A stretch of DNA of 63,775 nt, filler included. It is 5 parts of 5 records of this genome, joined end to end, with 100 filler letters (N's around TTAATTAATTAA, not from the genome) between each part and the next. Parts side by side here need not be neighbours in the genome. Positions count along the whole stretch, not along the records: positions 1 to 22,065 come from SRR20825006_1917; 4 more parts are not named here. One strand, given 5' to 3'. Shown here in pieces: positions 1-11,320 of this stretch. Positions within the stretch are counted from its first letter, which is position 1, and each line of letters starts with the position of its first letter. The notes below the pieces were generated by a model. That model was not told where the DNA came from. It saw nothing but the letters and a program-made list of their open reading frames with translations, and searched no databases. The position numbers and the translations under genes are program-made.

Positions 1-1248
1 AAGACCACGACCATGAAGATGCTGACCGGCCTCCTGCCGCCGAGCGAAGGCCGGGCCTGGCTGTTCGGACAGGAGGTGGACCCGCACGACCTCGCGACCC
101 GGCGCCGCGTCGGCTACATGTCGCAGTTCTTCTCGCTCTACACCGAGCTGACGGTGCGGCAGAACCTGGAGCTGCATGCCCGGCTGTTCCACGTGCCCGC
201 TGCCGAGGTTTCAGGGCGCGTGCACGAAATGGTTGAACGCTTCGATCTGGCGGCTGTGATCGACAGCCTGCCGGGCCGGCTGCCCCTCGGCCACCGGCAG
301 CGCCTGTCGCTGGCGGTCGCCATGATCCACAAGCCCGAGATGCTGATCCTCGACGAGCCCACCTCAGGTGTCGACCCGGTGGCGCGCGACGCCTTCTGGC
401 GCAGGCTGGTCGAGCTGTCGCGCCGTGACGGGGTGACCATCTTCATCTCCACGCACTTCATGAACGAGGCAGAGCGCTGCGACCGCATCTCGCTGATGCA
501 TGCGGGCCGGGTGCTGGTCACCGACACGCCGGCGAATATCGTGCAGAAGCGGGGCGCGGAGACCCTGGAAGAGGCATTCGTGGCGCATCTGGAGGAGGCG
601 TCGGGGGAGGGCGAAGGCGGAGAGGAGCAAACAGCGTCGCTCGATACGGTTGACGCGTCGGCAGGCCATGGCGAACCCCAGGGCTGGCGGCGCATGTTCG
701 ATCCCCGGCGCATGATCAGCCACGCCCGGCGCGAAGGGTTAGAGCTGCGCCGCGATCCCATCCGGCTGACGCTGGCGCTGCTCGGCAGCGCCATCCTTAT
801 GTTCGTGATGGGCTATGGGATCAGCCTCGATGTTGAGGATCTCTCCTTTGCGGTGCTGGATCGCGACCAGACCACCGTCAGCCGCGACTATACGCTCAAC
901 CTCAGCGGCTCCCGGTACTTCGTCGAGCGGCCGCCGATCACCGGTTATGCCGATCTTGACCGGCGAATGCGCGAAGGCGACATCAGTCTGGCGATCGAGA
1001 TCCCGCCGGGCTTCGCGCGCGACATCGCCCGGGGCCGGCGGGTCGAGATCGGCGCCTGGATCGACGGCGCCATGCCGACACGGGGCGAGACCGTCCGCGG
1101 CTATGTGCAGGGAATTCACGCCCACTGGCTGGCGACCAAGGCGCTGGATGCCGTCCCGGATCAACGCACAGTTAGCGGCTTCGTTCCGTTCACCCGGCGC
1201 AGCTTCAGCTTCCACCGTGGCGCTGGCGGTCCACGAGCATCAAAGTAA
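1..1248 (+). pseudogene. RbbA/YhiH-like ABC transporter (ATPase fused to ABC-2 permease); partial at the window edge and truncated at about nt 1160
   Basis: Q-loop GYMSQ, Walker B LILDEPT, H-loop STH, then permease start (ELRRDPIRL...LDVEDL). The permease stops after about 150 aa and the frame runs into unrelated sequence. Confidence 0.75.
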
Positions 1249-1401
1249 GCGCGCCAGCTGAAAAACCGTAAGGATATCTTTTCATCGCGTCTTCTCAATT
1301 GGCAGCGATCAGGCTGATCCAGGTGTTGGCAATACTGCAAATCCAGACCCCAGCAGGCTCAATGCCAGCAGAAGAAAAATCAGCTTGTGCCGGATGTTAG
1401 C

Positions 1402-1885
1402 TTAACCGCTGGCTGACGCAACCCAGCGCAGGTACATAACGTCTGTTTCTTCGCCGTGAAGCAGGCTGCGAGCCTGGTGCATTTCCGGATCGCGTTTTCT
1501 GGCCCGGTTTTTCGTGGACGGCGATGCGGCAATCAGCGTCGCGTCCACCACGGTGCCCTCGCGTAGCATCAGCCCCTGCCCAGCCAGATTAGCCTTGATC
1601 GCCTCAAACAGCTTGCCGGTGAGCCCTTCGCGCTCCAGCAGTCGGCGAAATTTGAGCAAGGTGGCCGCATCCGGTGCTGACTCCCGGCCAAGGTCAATGC
1701 CAACGAAGCGCCGGATCGCCTGATTGTCGTAAATCGCATCCTCGATGCCTTGATCCGAGAAGCCAAAGCACTGTTGGGGCCACTAACATACAGCCGCAAC
1801 ATCCGTCCCAGGCCCATGGGTGGGCGCCCCCGGCCCACCGCCTTTGGGGTAAAACGCTTCCAGTTACGCTTCCAGCGCATCCCAC

Positions 1886-1887
<2 letters not shown>
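1402..1887 (-). pseudogene. IS5-family transposase remnant
   Basis: Pieces PWDALEA*LEAFYPK, GRPPMGLGRMLR, EDAIYD...PDAATLLKFRRLLE and VDATLIAASPSTKN...RDPEMHQ lie in different frames with an internal stop. Confidence 0.8.
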
Positions 1888-2938
<1,051 letters not shown>

Positions 2939-3015
2939 CACCTGAATCAAGGGCTTTCTCCTCGGCCTAGCCGGCGAAGACCTTGATGAAGACCCTGCGA
3001 CATATTCCTTGACAA

Positions 3016-3450
3016 CTACCGGTCCGCAACGGCCACCAGCAGGCTGCATGGCGCGTGGGCGAGCAGCGAAGCGCCGACGGAGCCGTGCCACCACCGGGCC
3101 AGCGCGCTCTGTTCACGGTGACCGACCACGACCAGATCCGCGCCGACCTCGTGCGCCATTCGGCCGATCTCCTCGGCGGGGTTGCCCGCGGCGAGGCGCG
3201 TGTCGACGGAAAGTCCCGCCCGCCGCAGCGCTTCCGCGCCCTCCGTCAGCACGCGGCGCACTTCCTGATATTCTCGCTCCGGCAGGTCTGAGGGGGCCGC
3301 CGCTTCAGCGAGCGCGACACCCAGTTCATGGGCGACGACGGCGAGGAGATAGACACGAGCCTGGCAAAGCGAAGCCAGCTCGGCCCCCTGATCCAGCGCC
3401 TCACGGCCTTGCCGGCTGCCGTCATAGGCCAGGAGGATCGTCCGGTACAT
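3016..3450 (-). CDS. Universal stress protein (UspA family)
   Basis: ILLAYDGS, ADLVVVG, GSVGASLLAHAPCSLLV. Confidence 0.9.
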   Translation of the reverse strand: MYRTILLAYDGSRQGREALDQGAELASLCQARVYLLAVVAHELGVALAEAAAPSDLPEREYQEVRRVLTEGAEALRRAGLSVDTRLAAGNPAEEIGRMAHEVGADLVVVGHREQSALARWWHGSVGASLLAHAPCSLLVAVADR

Positions 3451-3598
3451 CGTGGTGCTCCTTTCTGTGATCGGGATGGAACGCCTTTCCCGGTCCTCTG
3501 CTCTAAACAGTGCAGCCTTCGGGGGCTACATCCCTCGCCATTTGATACATAGCTATCTATTGATTATAGTACAGCTACCTAATGATGCAGGCAATGAG

Positions 3599-4084
3599 AT
3601 GACGAAGCCCCTCGACGATAAAGAACAATTCGGCCTTCGCCTCGGGCTGGTCGCCCGGCTGTGGCGCGCCGAAATCGACCGGCGGCTGGCCACCTTTGGC
3701 CTCACCGAGTCCCGCTGGTTGACCCTGTTACATCTCTCTCGCCTGCCCCAGGCGGCAACCCAGCGTGAATTGGCCGAGGCGGTCGGGGTGCGGGGGCCGA
3801 CCCTGGTACGCACGCTGGACCGGCTGGAAGCCGAGGGGCTGATCGAACGCCGGACAGAAGCTAGCGACCGCCGCACCAAATCGGTTCACCTGCGCGCGGA
3901 GGCCGCCCCTGTTCTGGAACGCATCGAAGCAACCGCAGCGGCGGTGCGCGCGCAAATCTTCTCCGACCTATCCCAAGCCGAGGTAACGACTTGCCTGAAG
4001 GTCTTGGAGCAGATCGCCGGCAAGCTGGGCGGCACGCCAAGCCAAGGGCGATGCGGCTTGCGGACGAAGACCGATGAGGGGTAG
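3599..4084 (+). CDS. MarR/SlyA-family transcriptional regulator
   Basis: TQRELAEAVGV..PTLVRTLDRLE..GLIER...DRRTK winged helix; probable start ATG 3599. Confidence 0.88.
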   Translation: MTKPLDDKEQFGLRLGLVARLWRAEIDRRLATFGLTESRWLTLLHLSRLPQAATQRELAEAVGVRGPTLVRTLDRLEAEGLIERRTEASDRRTKSVHLRAEAAPVLERIEATAAAVRAQIFSDLSQAEVTTCLKVLEQIAGKLGGTPSQGRCGLRTKTDEG

Positions 4085-4087
4085 GCC

Positions 4088-5280
4088 GTGGACCAGTATG
4101 TGACCCGTCTCGAACGCCAGGGCGACGATCCGGAAACCGATCTGCGCACAGTCCCCGACAAGGAGACGGAGGCTGGGTCAGAGGCGGTTTCACCTCCTGC
4201 CCGCACCCGGCCATGGCGACGGTATGGCGCGATTCTGGCGACGCTGATCGTTCTCGGAGGAGTCGGCTGGTGGTTGTATCAGCAGTTCACCCATGTCTTT
4301 GTGACGGACGCCCGTGTCGCCGCCGACATTGTTGCCATGAGCAGCCGGGTTCCCGGTTGGGTGACGGCGCTCGAAGTGACCGAGGGGGATGCCGCGCAGA
4401 GAGGCAGGGTTTTGATCCGGATCGACGACCGGGAAAGCCGCCTCCGCGTCGAGGAGCTTGCCGCGCAACTCGCCGGGATTGCCCGCCGCCGCGAGGAAAT
4501 CGAAGCGCGCATCGCTCTCACCGACCGTCAGACGCAAAGTCGTATTACCGCCAAACAGGCAGCGGTGAGGGCGGCGGAGGCCGCGTTGGCAGGAGCGACG
4601 GCGCAACGCGATCTTGCCAGACAGGACAATGACCGGGCGGAGAAGCTGGCGCCGAGCGGCGCCATCAACCGTGCGCGCCTGGACCAGACGCGGGCGGCGC
4701 TGGAGACGGCAAAACAACAGGCGTTGAGCGTCCAGGCGGACTTGGAAAATGCCCGCGCCGCCCTTGCCGAGGCTGAAGCCGCGCGCGGGGAACTCACGGT
4801 GCTCCCCGCACCCAGCTCGCCGAACTCGGCCCGGAGGAACAGCGGCTGCGTGCACAAAAGGCCCGGGCGGCGCTCGACCTCGAAGACCGCACCCTCGTCA
4901 TGCCATTCGACGGCGTTGTGGACCGGGTCTTCGTGGACAAGGGCGAATACGTCACCCCCGGCCAGCGCTTGCTGATGGTGCATGACCCGCAGCGGGTGCG
5001 CGTCGAGGCGAACGTCAAAGAGACCGACATCCGCTTCTTCCGACCGGGAAAGACCGTGACGATCACTGTCGATGCCCTGCCGGGGCGGCGCTTTGAGGGC
5101 AGGGTCACGCGCGTCGGGCAGTCCGCCACCAGCGAGTTCGCCCTGCTGCCCAACCCCAACCCGAGCGGCAATTTCACAAAGATCACCCAGCGCCTGCCAG
5201 TGCGCATCGCGGTGCAGCAGGACGGCGGCGAACTCAAGCCGGGTATGATGGTGGAGCTGGAGGCGAGAGCCGATGACTAG
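4088..5280 (+). pseudogene. EmrA/HlyD-family periplasmic adaptor, frameshifted near 4804-4807
   Basis: ORF 4088-4975 carries the TM segment and TDARV motif; the frame of ORF 4900-5280 carries MPFDGVV and SGNFTKITQRLPVRI, and that frame is open from about 4808. Confidence 0.8.
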
Positions 5281-6892
5281 CGCGCCCCGGCCGGACAGTA
5301 TCGAGGGGCTATTCGCCCGTTTCGGCCCATCCTATCGCTGGCTGGTCACGGCGACGGTCATGATGGGCACGATCGCCACTATCCTGACCGCCACCATCGT
5401 CAATGTAGCCCTGCCGGATATCATGGGCGCTTTCGGCATGGGCCAGGACAAGGCGCAACTTCTCTCCACCGGCTTCCTCGCCGCGATGACCGGGACCATG
5501 CTGCTGAATGCCTGGATGGTCGAGACCCTCGGCCAGCGCGCGACCTTTATGCTGGCGCTAACAGTCTTTATCGCCGCCTCTGCCATGGGCGGGCTCGCCC
5601 CCGCCGAGGGCGTGCTGATCCTGGCCCGCGTCCTGCAAGGCGGCGCGGCCGGTATCCTCCAGCCGCTCGCCATGCAGACAATCTTCCAGGTCTTCCCGCC
5701 GGAGAAACGCGGGTCGGCCATGGGAATTTACGGCATTGGTGTGGTGCTGGCCCCGGCGCTCGGCCCTACGCTGGGCGGCATCATGGTCGACAGCTTTAGT
5801 TGGCGGTATGTGTTCTTCATGGCCGTGCCGTTCTGCCTCATCGGCCTGTTCCTGGCCACGATCTTCATGCCGGGGCGCGCAGCCTCCGGTCCGCCGCGCA
5901 GGTTTGACTGGATTGGCTTCGGTCTACTGACAGTGTTCCTGGTCACCTTGCTGAACGGATTGTCGAACGGGCAACGCTACGGGTGGATGTCCGATCCCAT
6001 CCTGCGCGATCTCGTGATCGCCTCTGTTGCAGGCGTCGGATTCATTGTCTGGGAACTTCGTACCCCCGCGCCCATGCTCAATCTCAAGCTTTTCACGAAC
6101 CGGGTCTATGCGGGCGCGTCCGTGGTGGCCTTCATTTTCGGGGCGGGAATCTTCGGTTCGACCTTCTTGATTCCGCTGTTCGTCCAGACGATTCAGGGCT
6201 ACACGCCGACGCGCTCGGGCCTACTGCTGATGCCGGCGGGTCTGATTCTGGCCCTGGTCTTCCCCATTGCGGGGCGGCTGACCGACAAGACGCCCGCCTA
6301 TGCCACGATCATGTTCGGGCTCGCGGTTTTCGCGTTGTCATCGTTTCTGATGACCGGCGTGGATACCAATACCTCGTTCTGGCTGTTCGCCTGGTGGATC
6401 ATGCTGGGGCGTATCGGCCTTGGTTTCATTATGCCGAGCCTGAACGCCGGCGCCCTCAAGGCGCTACTCGGTCAGGGCTCCGGCGCAATCAACTTCGTGC
6501 GCCAACTCGGCGGGGCGTTTGGCGTCAACCTTCTTTCCATCGCTCTGGAACGGCGGTCTCAGCTCTACGTTGACAGCTTCACGGCGGCGCAGCATGTAGG
6601 CAACAGCGCGGCGGCCGATATGCTGCGCGAAGTAACCGGCTTGCTTGCACAGGCTGGCGTGCCGGAGGCGATACGCCAGGCCGGGGCGATGAACTATCTT
6701 GGCCGCGTGATCTACAGCCAGGGCAACATGCTGGGGTACCGGGACAGCTTCTTTATCGTCGGCGCGATCTTCCTGGCCGCCCTTGTTCCGGCGCTGATGA
6801 TGCGCCGGAGGTCCACGCCTCCAGTGCTGCAGGCAAGTGAGGCCATGCGTCACCCGCCATCGTCGCAGAACGCGATCCAGCAGAGTCGGTGA
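5273..6892 (+). CDS. DHA2 (EmrB/QacA) MFS efflux permease
   Basis: ATIVNVALPDI, ARVLQG, APALGPTLGG, SWRYVFF; long hydrophobic protein coupled to the adaptor gene. Confidence 0.9.
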   Translation: MTSAPRPDSIEGLFARFGPSYRWLVTATVMMGTIATILTATIVNVALPDIMGAFGMGQDKAQLLSTGFLAAMTGTMLLNAWMVETLGQRATFMLALTVFIAASAMGGLAPAEGVLILARVLQGGAAGILQPLAMQTIFQVFPPEKRGSAMGIYGIGVVLAPALGPTLGGIMVDSFSWRYVFFMAVPFCLIGLFLATIFMPGRAASGPPRRFDWIGFGLLTVFLVTLLNGLSNGQRYGWMSDPILRDLVIASVAGVGFIVWELRTPAPMLNLKLFTNRVYAGASVVAFIFGAGIFGSTFLIPLFVQTIQGYTPTRSGLLLMPAGLILALVFPIAGRLTDKTPAYATIMFGLAVFALSSFLMTGVDTNTSFWLFAWWIMLGRIGLGFIMPSLNAGALKALLGQGSGAINFVRQLGGAFGVNLLSIALERRSQLYVDSFTAAQHVGNSAAADMLREVTGLLAQAGVPEAIRQAGAMNYLGRVIYSQGNMLGYRDSFFIVGAIFLAALVPALMMRRRSTPPVLQASEAMRHPPSSQNAIQQSR

Positions 6893-6904
6893 CGCACGTG
6901 TCTA

Positions 6905-6942
6905 GGGGTTACCTCACGAAACGGAAAACAGCGTACGCTAAG
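6905..6942 (+). mobile_element. 38-bp Tn3-family (Tn21/Tn501-type) terminal inverted repeat, facing right
   Basis: GGGGTTACCTCACGAAACGGAAAACAGCGTACGCTAAG: GGGG start, ACGCTAAG end, exactly 38 nt. Confidence 0.85.
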
Positions 6943-7110
6943 CCTCTCGCGGCGTTCGGAGCGGCCACACCGGGCAATGACAGCCGGGAAGCGCTAGAGG
7001 GGTATGACCAGTGGCGGGAGGAAAGGGCCGCTTGAACTATATAGATGCCTAATGTTTATACTATAAAGTTGTTTCACCCGATTCTGACCAACCAACCATG
7101 AGATACGCCC

Positions 7111-7506
7111 ATGAAAATCGTTAAAGTTCAGGACATCATTGGTACCGAGCGTGAAGTCAGCGACAAGCAGTGGACCAGCCGCCGTCTGCTGCTCAAGAAG
7201 GACGGAATGGGATTTTCCTTCCACGAAACCATCATCAAGGCAGGCTCCGAGCACACTTTCTGGTACAAGCACCACCTGGAAGCCGTTTACTGCGTTGCCG
7301 GTAACGGGCGCATCAAGGACCTCGCCACGGGTGAAGTCCACGAGATTACCGACGGTACCCTCTACGCCCTAGACAACCACGACAAGCACACCCTGTACGG
7401 TGGCACCGAGGACATGCGCCTGATCTGCGCGTTCAACCCGCCGGTGACCGGCCAGGAAGTTCATGACGAGGATGGCGCCTACCTGCCGGACAGCGGCGAT
7501 AACTGA
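7111..7506 (+). CDS. ectC: Ectoine synthase (solitary copy)
   Basis: [57 protein letters not shown]. Confidence 0.95.
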   Translation: MKIVKVQDIIGTEREVSDKQWTSRRLLLKKDGMGFSFHETIIKAGSEHTFWYKHHLEAVYCVAGNGRIKDLATGEVHEITDGTLYALDNHDKHTLYGGTEDMRLICAFNPPVTGQEVHDEDGAYLPDSGDN

Positions 7507-8089
7507 TCCGCCCTGATAGGGCGGCTGATCTGACCGCTGGCACACCCATGCCGGCGAGTCCCGATCTTGATGGCGCCACCACTGGCACGTTTGTCCGGCC
7601 TGCGCCTGGGCACTGGTACATAATGAGACGGGCTATGACCACAACATGGCTGCGGCTAGCATGTGAAAGCGCTATCGGAAGCACGCAAGTACGTTAAACA
7701 GAGTTTCTACGGAGGAGGTAGCCATACACGTCCAACAATGTCCTATGGTGACATGGGCCCGTGCACGCGGCTGTAAAGCGCGTTTTCAAAAATGAAGGGA
7801 TTTCAACGGCGGAAGTAACCATCTGTAGCAGACGATCAATAAGCCATTGGTTTACCGAGCGAACGAACCAAAGCGCTTAGTGCGTCTCTTCGAACTGACT
7901 TTCCGCTGTAGATCAGGGGCGTGGTTGCTGTATCGGGGCTTTCTTAACAGCCAATTTATGAACGCTTGCATTTCATCTCTTTGGCCAAAAGCGGGAGATG
8001 ATGACTTCAGGCTTTTTAGTGAGGTCAAAATGTACACTTTATTAATATCGGGTTGATCAACGGAGCAAATCCCTTGCTCCGATGTACTG

Positions 8090-9493
8090 GTGTCCATCTT
8101 GCAAAACTACAGCGAAAACTCCGCCAGTGATGACGTTGATATAACGCCCCACCACGTCACCGGCGAAACTTCAGAATGTTTGGGGCGGCTGCTCATTGGT
8201 GACGATGAGCCGCGGTTGCTTAACAGTTTATGCTCGATATTGCGTGACAAGGGGTTCGAGGTTGACGGTGCCGAGGATGGCGACGCCGTCTGCCAGCGAT
8301 TACGAGAGAATGCCTACGATCTGGTTTTGTTGGATATCCGCATGCCTGGAAAGAGCGGTTTAGAGATCATGGCCTGGTTGAAAGAAACCGGCGTTGACGC
8401 TCCGGTCATCATTATCAGCGCGCATTCCGACTATCGCATCGTCAGGCAAGCATTCAAGCTGGGTGCCTGTGATTATCTAAGAAAGCCCTACGATGTAGAT
8501 GAATTAATTCGGGCTGTCGGCGGCACGGTTTTAGAACGACGGCAGGCCCGTTCTCAGGCGGCTACGGGTAGGTCTAACCCCCTGACGGGCGAGTTTTTTA
8601 AGCACACACTTGATCATCTTCCGGATCTGGTTTTTTCACTGGATGAGCGCAAGTGCATCAACTATCTGAATCATCACTCCGAGAGTCTCTTGGGATTACC
8701 GACAGAGGAGCTGATTGGCCAACCGTTTTCTCAGCTCGTTCATGAGGGTGACACCGCTAAGCTTCCACTGCTATTTGGTAAGAACGAGGTGGGAGAGCCA
8801 GTAACCCAAGAGATCAAGCTTAAAACCTACCATGGAGGGATCGGTTACCTGGATTGTGACATTAAAGTTGTCTCTCCGCGTGAGGCGAACACCACGCTAA
8901 CTTATGCAAAGCCCCCTCCAGCGAGACCTCCTTTTTTGGGCATTGTGCGGGACATCACGGAGCACAAACGGAAACTGGCATTGATGGAGTTTCATGCTTC
9001 TCACGATACACTGACCGGGCTGCCGAATAGGAGCCTGTTTATGGACCGACTTACCTTGGCTGTCAGTCAGGCGAGCCGAAATGGGCAGAAGCTTGCCGTG
9101 CTTTTTATCGACCTGAACGACTTCAAAGCGGTAAACGATACCTACGGGCATGGGGTTGGCGATGAGCTGTTGCAAAAACTCGCCGCCGGTCTGACACATT
9201 CTCTGCGAGAGGGCGATACCCTTGCCCGCTATGGTGGCGATGAATTTACCGTCCTGTTGCCCTCGCTTGACGAAAAAAAGGACGCCGCAACGGTCGCACG
9301 CAAACTTCTGAGCTCGCTCGAAACCCCTTTTCCGTTTGAGGGCACCGACCTTCATGTCTCTATCGGAACCAGCATCGGGATTGCAATGTACCCTGAAGAC
9401 GGGGCGGGGGCGGAAACGCTGGTAGAGCGGGCAGACATGGCCATGTATGCCGTGAAACAGAGGAAAAAAAACGACTTTTGTTTTTACAGCTAG
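8090..9493 (+). CDS. REC-PAS-GGDEF diguanylate cyclase response regulator
   Basis: Receiver DDEP/LLDIRMP/KPY; PAS; HDTLTGLPNR; I-site REGD; active site GGDEF. Start codon uncertain. Confidence 0.9.
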   Translation: MSILQNYSENSASDDVDITPHHVTGETSECLGRLLIGDDEPRLLNSLCSILRDKGFEVDGAEDGDAVCQRLRENAYDLVLLDIRMPGKSGLEIMAWLKETGVDAPVIIISAHSDYRIVRQAFKLGACDYLRKPYDVDELIRAVGGTVLERRQARSQAATGRSNPLTGEFFKHTLDHLPDLVFSLDERKCINYLNHHSESLLGLPTEELIGQPFSQLVHEGDTAKLPLLFGKNEVGEPVTQEIKLKTYHGGIGYLDCDIKVVSPREANTTLTYAKPPPARPPFLGIVRDITEHKRKLALMEFHASHDTLTGLPNRSLFMDRLTLAVSQASRNGQKLAVLFIDLNDFKAVNDTYGHGVGDELLQKLAAGLTHSLREGDTLARYGGDEFTVLLPSLDEKKDAATVARKLLSSLETPFPFEGTDLHVSIGTSIGIAMYPEDGAGAETLVERADMAMYAVKQRKKNDFCFYS

Positions 9494-9634
9494 GCATGAT
9501 GGACGACGAACGACCGGACAACACGTCGCCCTAAACCCGTCATCCAAACCACTCGGGCTCACCCAATGAAAAACACCTGAGACTTGAGCGACAGCAGCCT
9601 TGCAGTAGGCTTTAAAACATAGTCTGGAGGAATT

Positions 9635-10621
9635 TCAAGAAACTCTGTTCACCTCGTCGGAATTGTTGCCAGCGCTCAAGCGATCCAACAGCTCATTCTT
9701 CACGCTCAGCTCGGTTTCAAGCTGCTGCACCTTCGCTTTCAACTGGTCGTTCACGCGCTGCTGCTTTTCAAAGGCAGCCTTTCGTTGGCGTAACGCCACG
9801 ACTTGCTGCTCTAGCCGCACTGTTTTGTCGGCCAGACGACGATTTTCGCGCTCCCGCTCGCCCAATTGCTGGGTCAACCGATCCGACTGCTTTCGAACTT
9901 CAGTCACCTCCGTGAACAGTCGGCTGATCTCCCGAGTGGCCTGGGTCTGCTCGTCGCGTTTCACGGCCAGGGCTTGTTGCAGGTGGCGTTGCTCTTCCTG
10001 GACTTGCTGGACCTGCTGCTCATGCCGCCGCTGATCCTGCTCGCGCTGCTCTTTCACGGAACCGCGATAATGCTCCAGCGCCTGCCGGGCATGGTTGTGT
10101 TTTTCTTCGAGTGAATTCACCTGGCGTTGCTTGTCCTGAACCTGCTCAGTCACACTTTCAATGCGCTGGGCCTGTGCGCGGTTATCGCCTTCGAGTTTCG
10201 AGAGCGCCTCACGCAGCCCAAGGACCTCCGCCTGTAAATCATCCCGCGCCTGAGCCAACACGGTATTTTGCGCCTGGTGTTGCCTGGTCTCAGCGGTCTG
10301 TGCCGTCAAGGCTTCCTGCAGGCCGGCCACCTCGGCCTGTTGGCGCTGTTCGGCCTGCTCAATGGTTTCCTGCGCGTCCTGACGTAATTGCCGAGCCAGT
10401 TGGCCTACCAAGTCGGTAACGTGGCTGCTCAGAAGCGCTTCGTCGTCCAGACGGGTGCTTTCACGCGCCTCGATCGCTTTCAGGTGGTTGCTGATGGTGG
10501 TCTTTGAGCCGGTGTTGCCCAGCTCGGCTCGTATGGCGTCGATGGAGGGGTGAACATTGCGAGCCAGAAGACGTTTACGAGCGTCCTCAACCAGGGGTTG
10601 GGTGATGCCGCCTCGGGCCAT
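9635..10621 (-). CDS. tnpT: TnpT-like cointegrate resolution helper (KfrA_N DNA-binding domain + coiled coil)
   Basis: MARGGI...PSIDAIRAELGNTGSKTTI followed by a long coiled coil; divergent from tnpS; GAGG RBS before ATG 10621. Confidence 0.85.
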   Translation of the reverse strand: MARGGITQPLVEDARKRLLARNVHPSIDAIRAELGNTGSKTTISNHLKAIEARESTRLDDEALLSSHVTDLVGQLARQLRQDAQETIEQAEQRQQAEVAGLQEALTAQTAETRQHQAQNTVLAQARDDLQAEVLGLREALSKLEGDNRAQAQRIESVTEQVQDKQRQVNSLEEKHNHARQALEHYRGSVKEQREQDQRRHEQQVQQVQEEQRHLQQALAVKRDEQTQATREISRLFTEVTEVRKQSDRLTQQLGERERENRRLADKTVRLEQQVVALRQRKAAFEKQQRVNDQLKAKVQQLETELSVKNELLDRLSAGNNSDEVNRVS

Positions 10622-10825
10622 GATGGTGTCCTCATGTTTATTTTGTACTGTTTTACGTATTATGTAATTACGTACTATATACACCAGAACGGTCGTTGGA
10701 AAGCACGGCTTTACAGACATGTGATAATCCAGCGTTATCCATTGTGATACCCGTTTCAGCGGCTATACTGACTCACGACCGGTACGATATGGCCCCAGAG
10801 AAGGCCGCACAGCAGGAGATCGCAC
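10622..10825. promoter_or_regulatory. Probable TnpS/TnpT resolution site (rst) and divergent promoters
   Basis: AT-rich gap holding TACGTA-N9-TACGTA (10654-10674) and GATAA-TCCAGCG-TTATC (10723-10739). Confidence 0.55.
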
Positions 10826-11320
10826 ATGCACATTCAAGCCAATCCACTGGATCAGGTGTTTGCCTTCCGGGCGTTTGATTTTCGCAACCGGTTTCCCGAC
10901 CCATTACCGAGCTTTCGTGCAGCCCTTGAATGCCTGCAAAGTGAAGACGCCTATTTGCCGGATGTTGACGCGGAGATCAGGGCCTACCTCAAGGACGGGC
11001 GCTCAATCGCGATTCCAAACAGCTTCTTCTGGGTGGAGCACAAGCAGTTCGGGTCATTGGCCGAGGCACAAAGCTGGGTTCAGGCTCGTCAGGAGAAAGC
11101 GGCCACGGGGTCTGCGCTGGACAGGCTATCTGGCTCACTGATCGCCAACCCCGACGACTCACTCGATCAACAGGTGCGTGATGCCATGGCCAAGACGTTC
11201 ACACAGATGGTTTCAAAGGCGGACAACGATGCCGTATGCGAATCAGTCGAGCGTTGGTTAACAGAAGCGATAGCGGCATTACCGACATCGAACGAGGCGG
11301 GTGCGCCCAATGACGATTGA
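10826..11320 (+). CDS. Hypothetical protein, 164 aa, overlapping the tnpS start
   Basis: AGGAG RBS, ATG start, stop overlapping the tnpS ATG at 11310; no family recognised. Confidence 0.7.
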   Translation: MHIQANPLDQVFAFRAFDFRNRFPDPLPSFRAALECLQSEDAYLPDVDAEIRAYLKDGRSIAIPNSFFWVEHKQFGSLAEAQSWVQARQEKAATGSALDRLSGSLIANPDDSLDQQVRDAMAKTFTQMVSKADNDAVCESVERWLTEAIAALPTSNEAGAPNDD

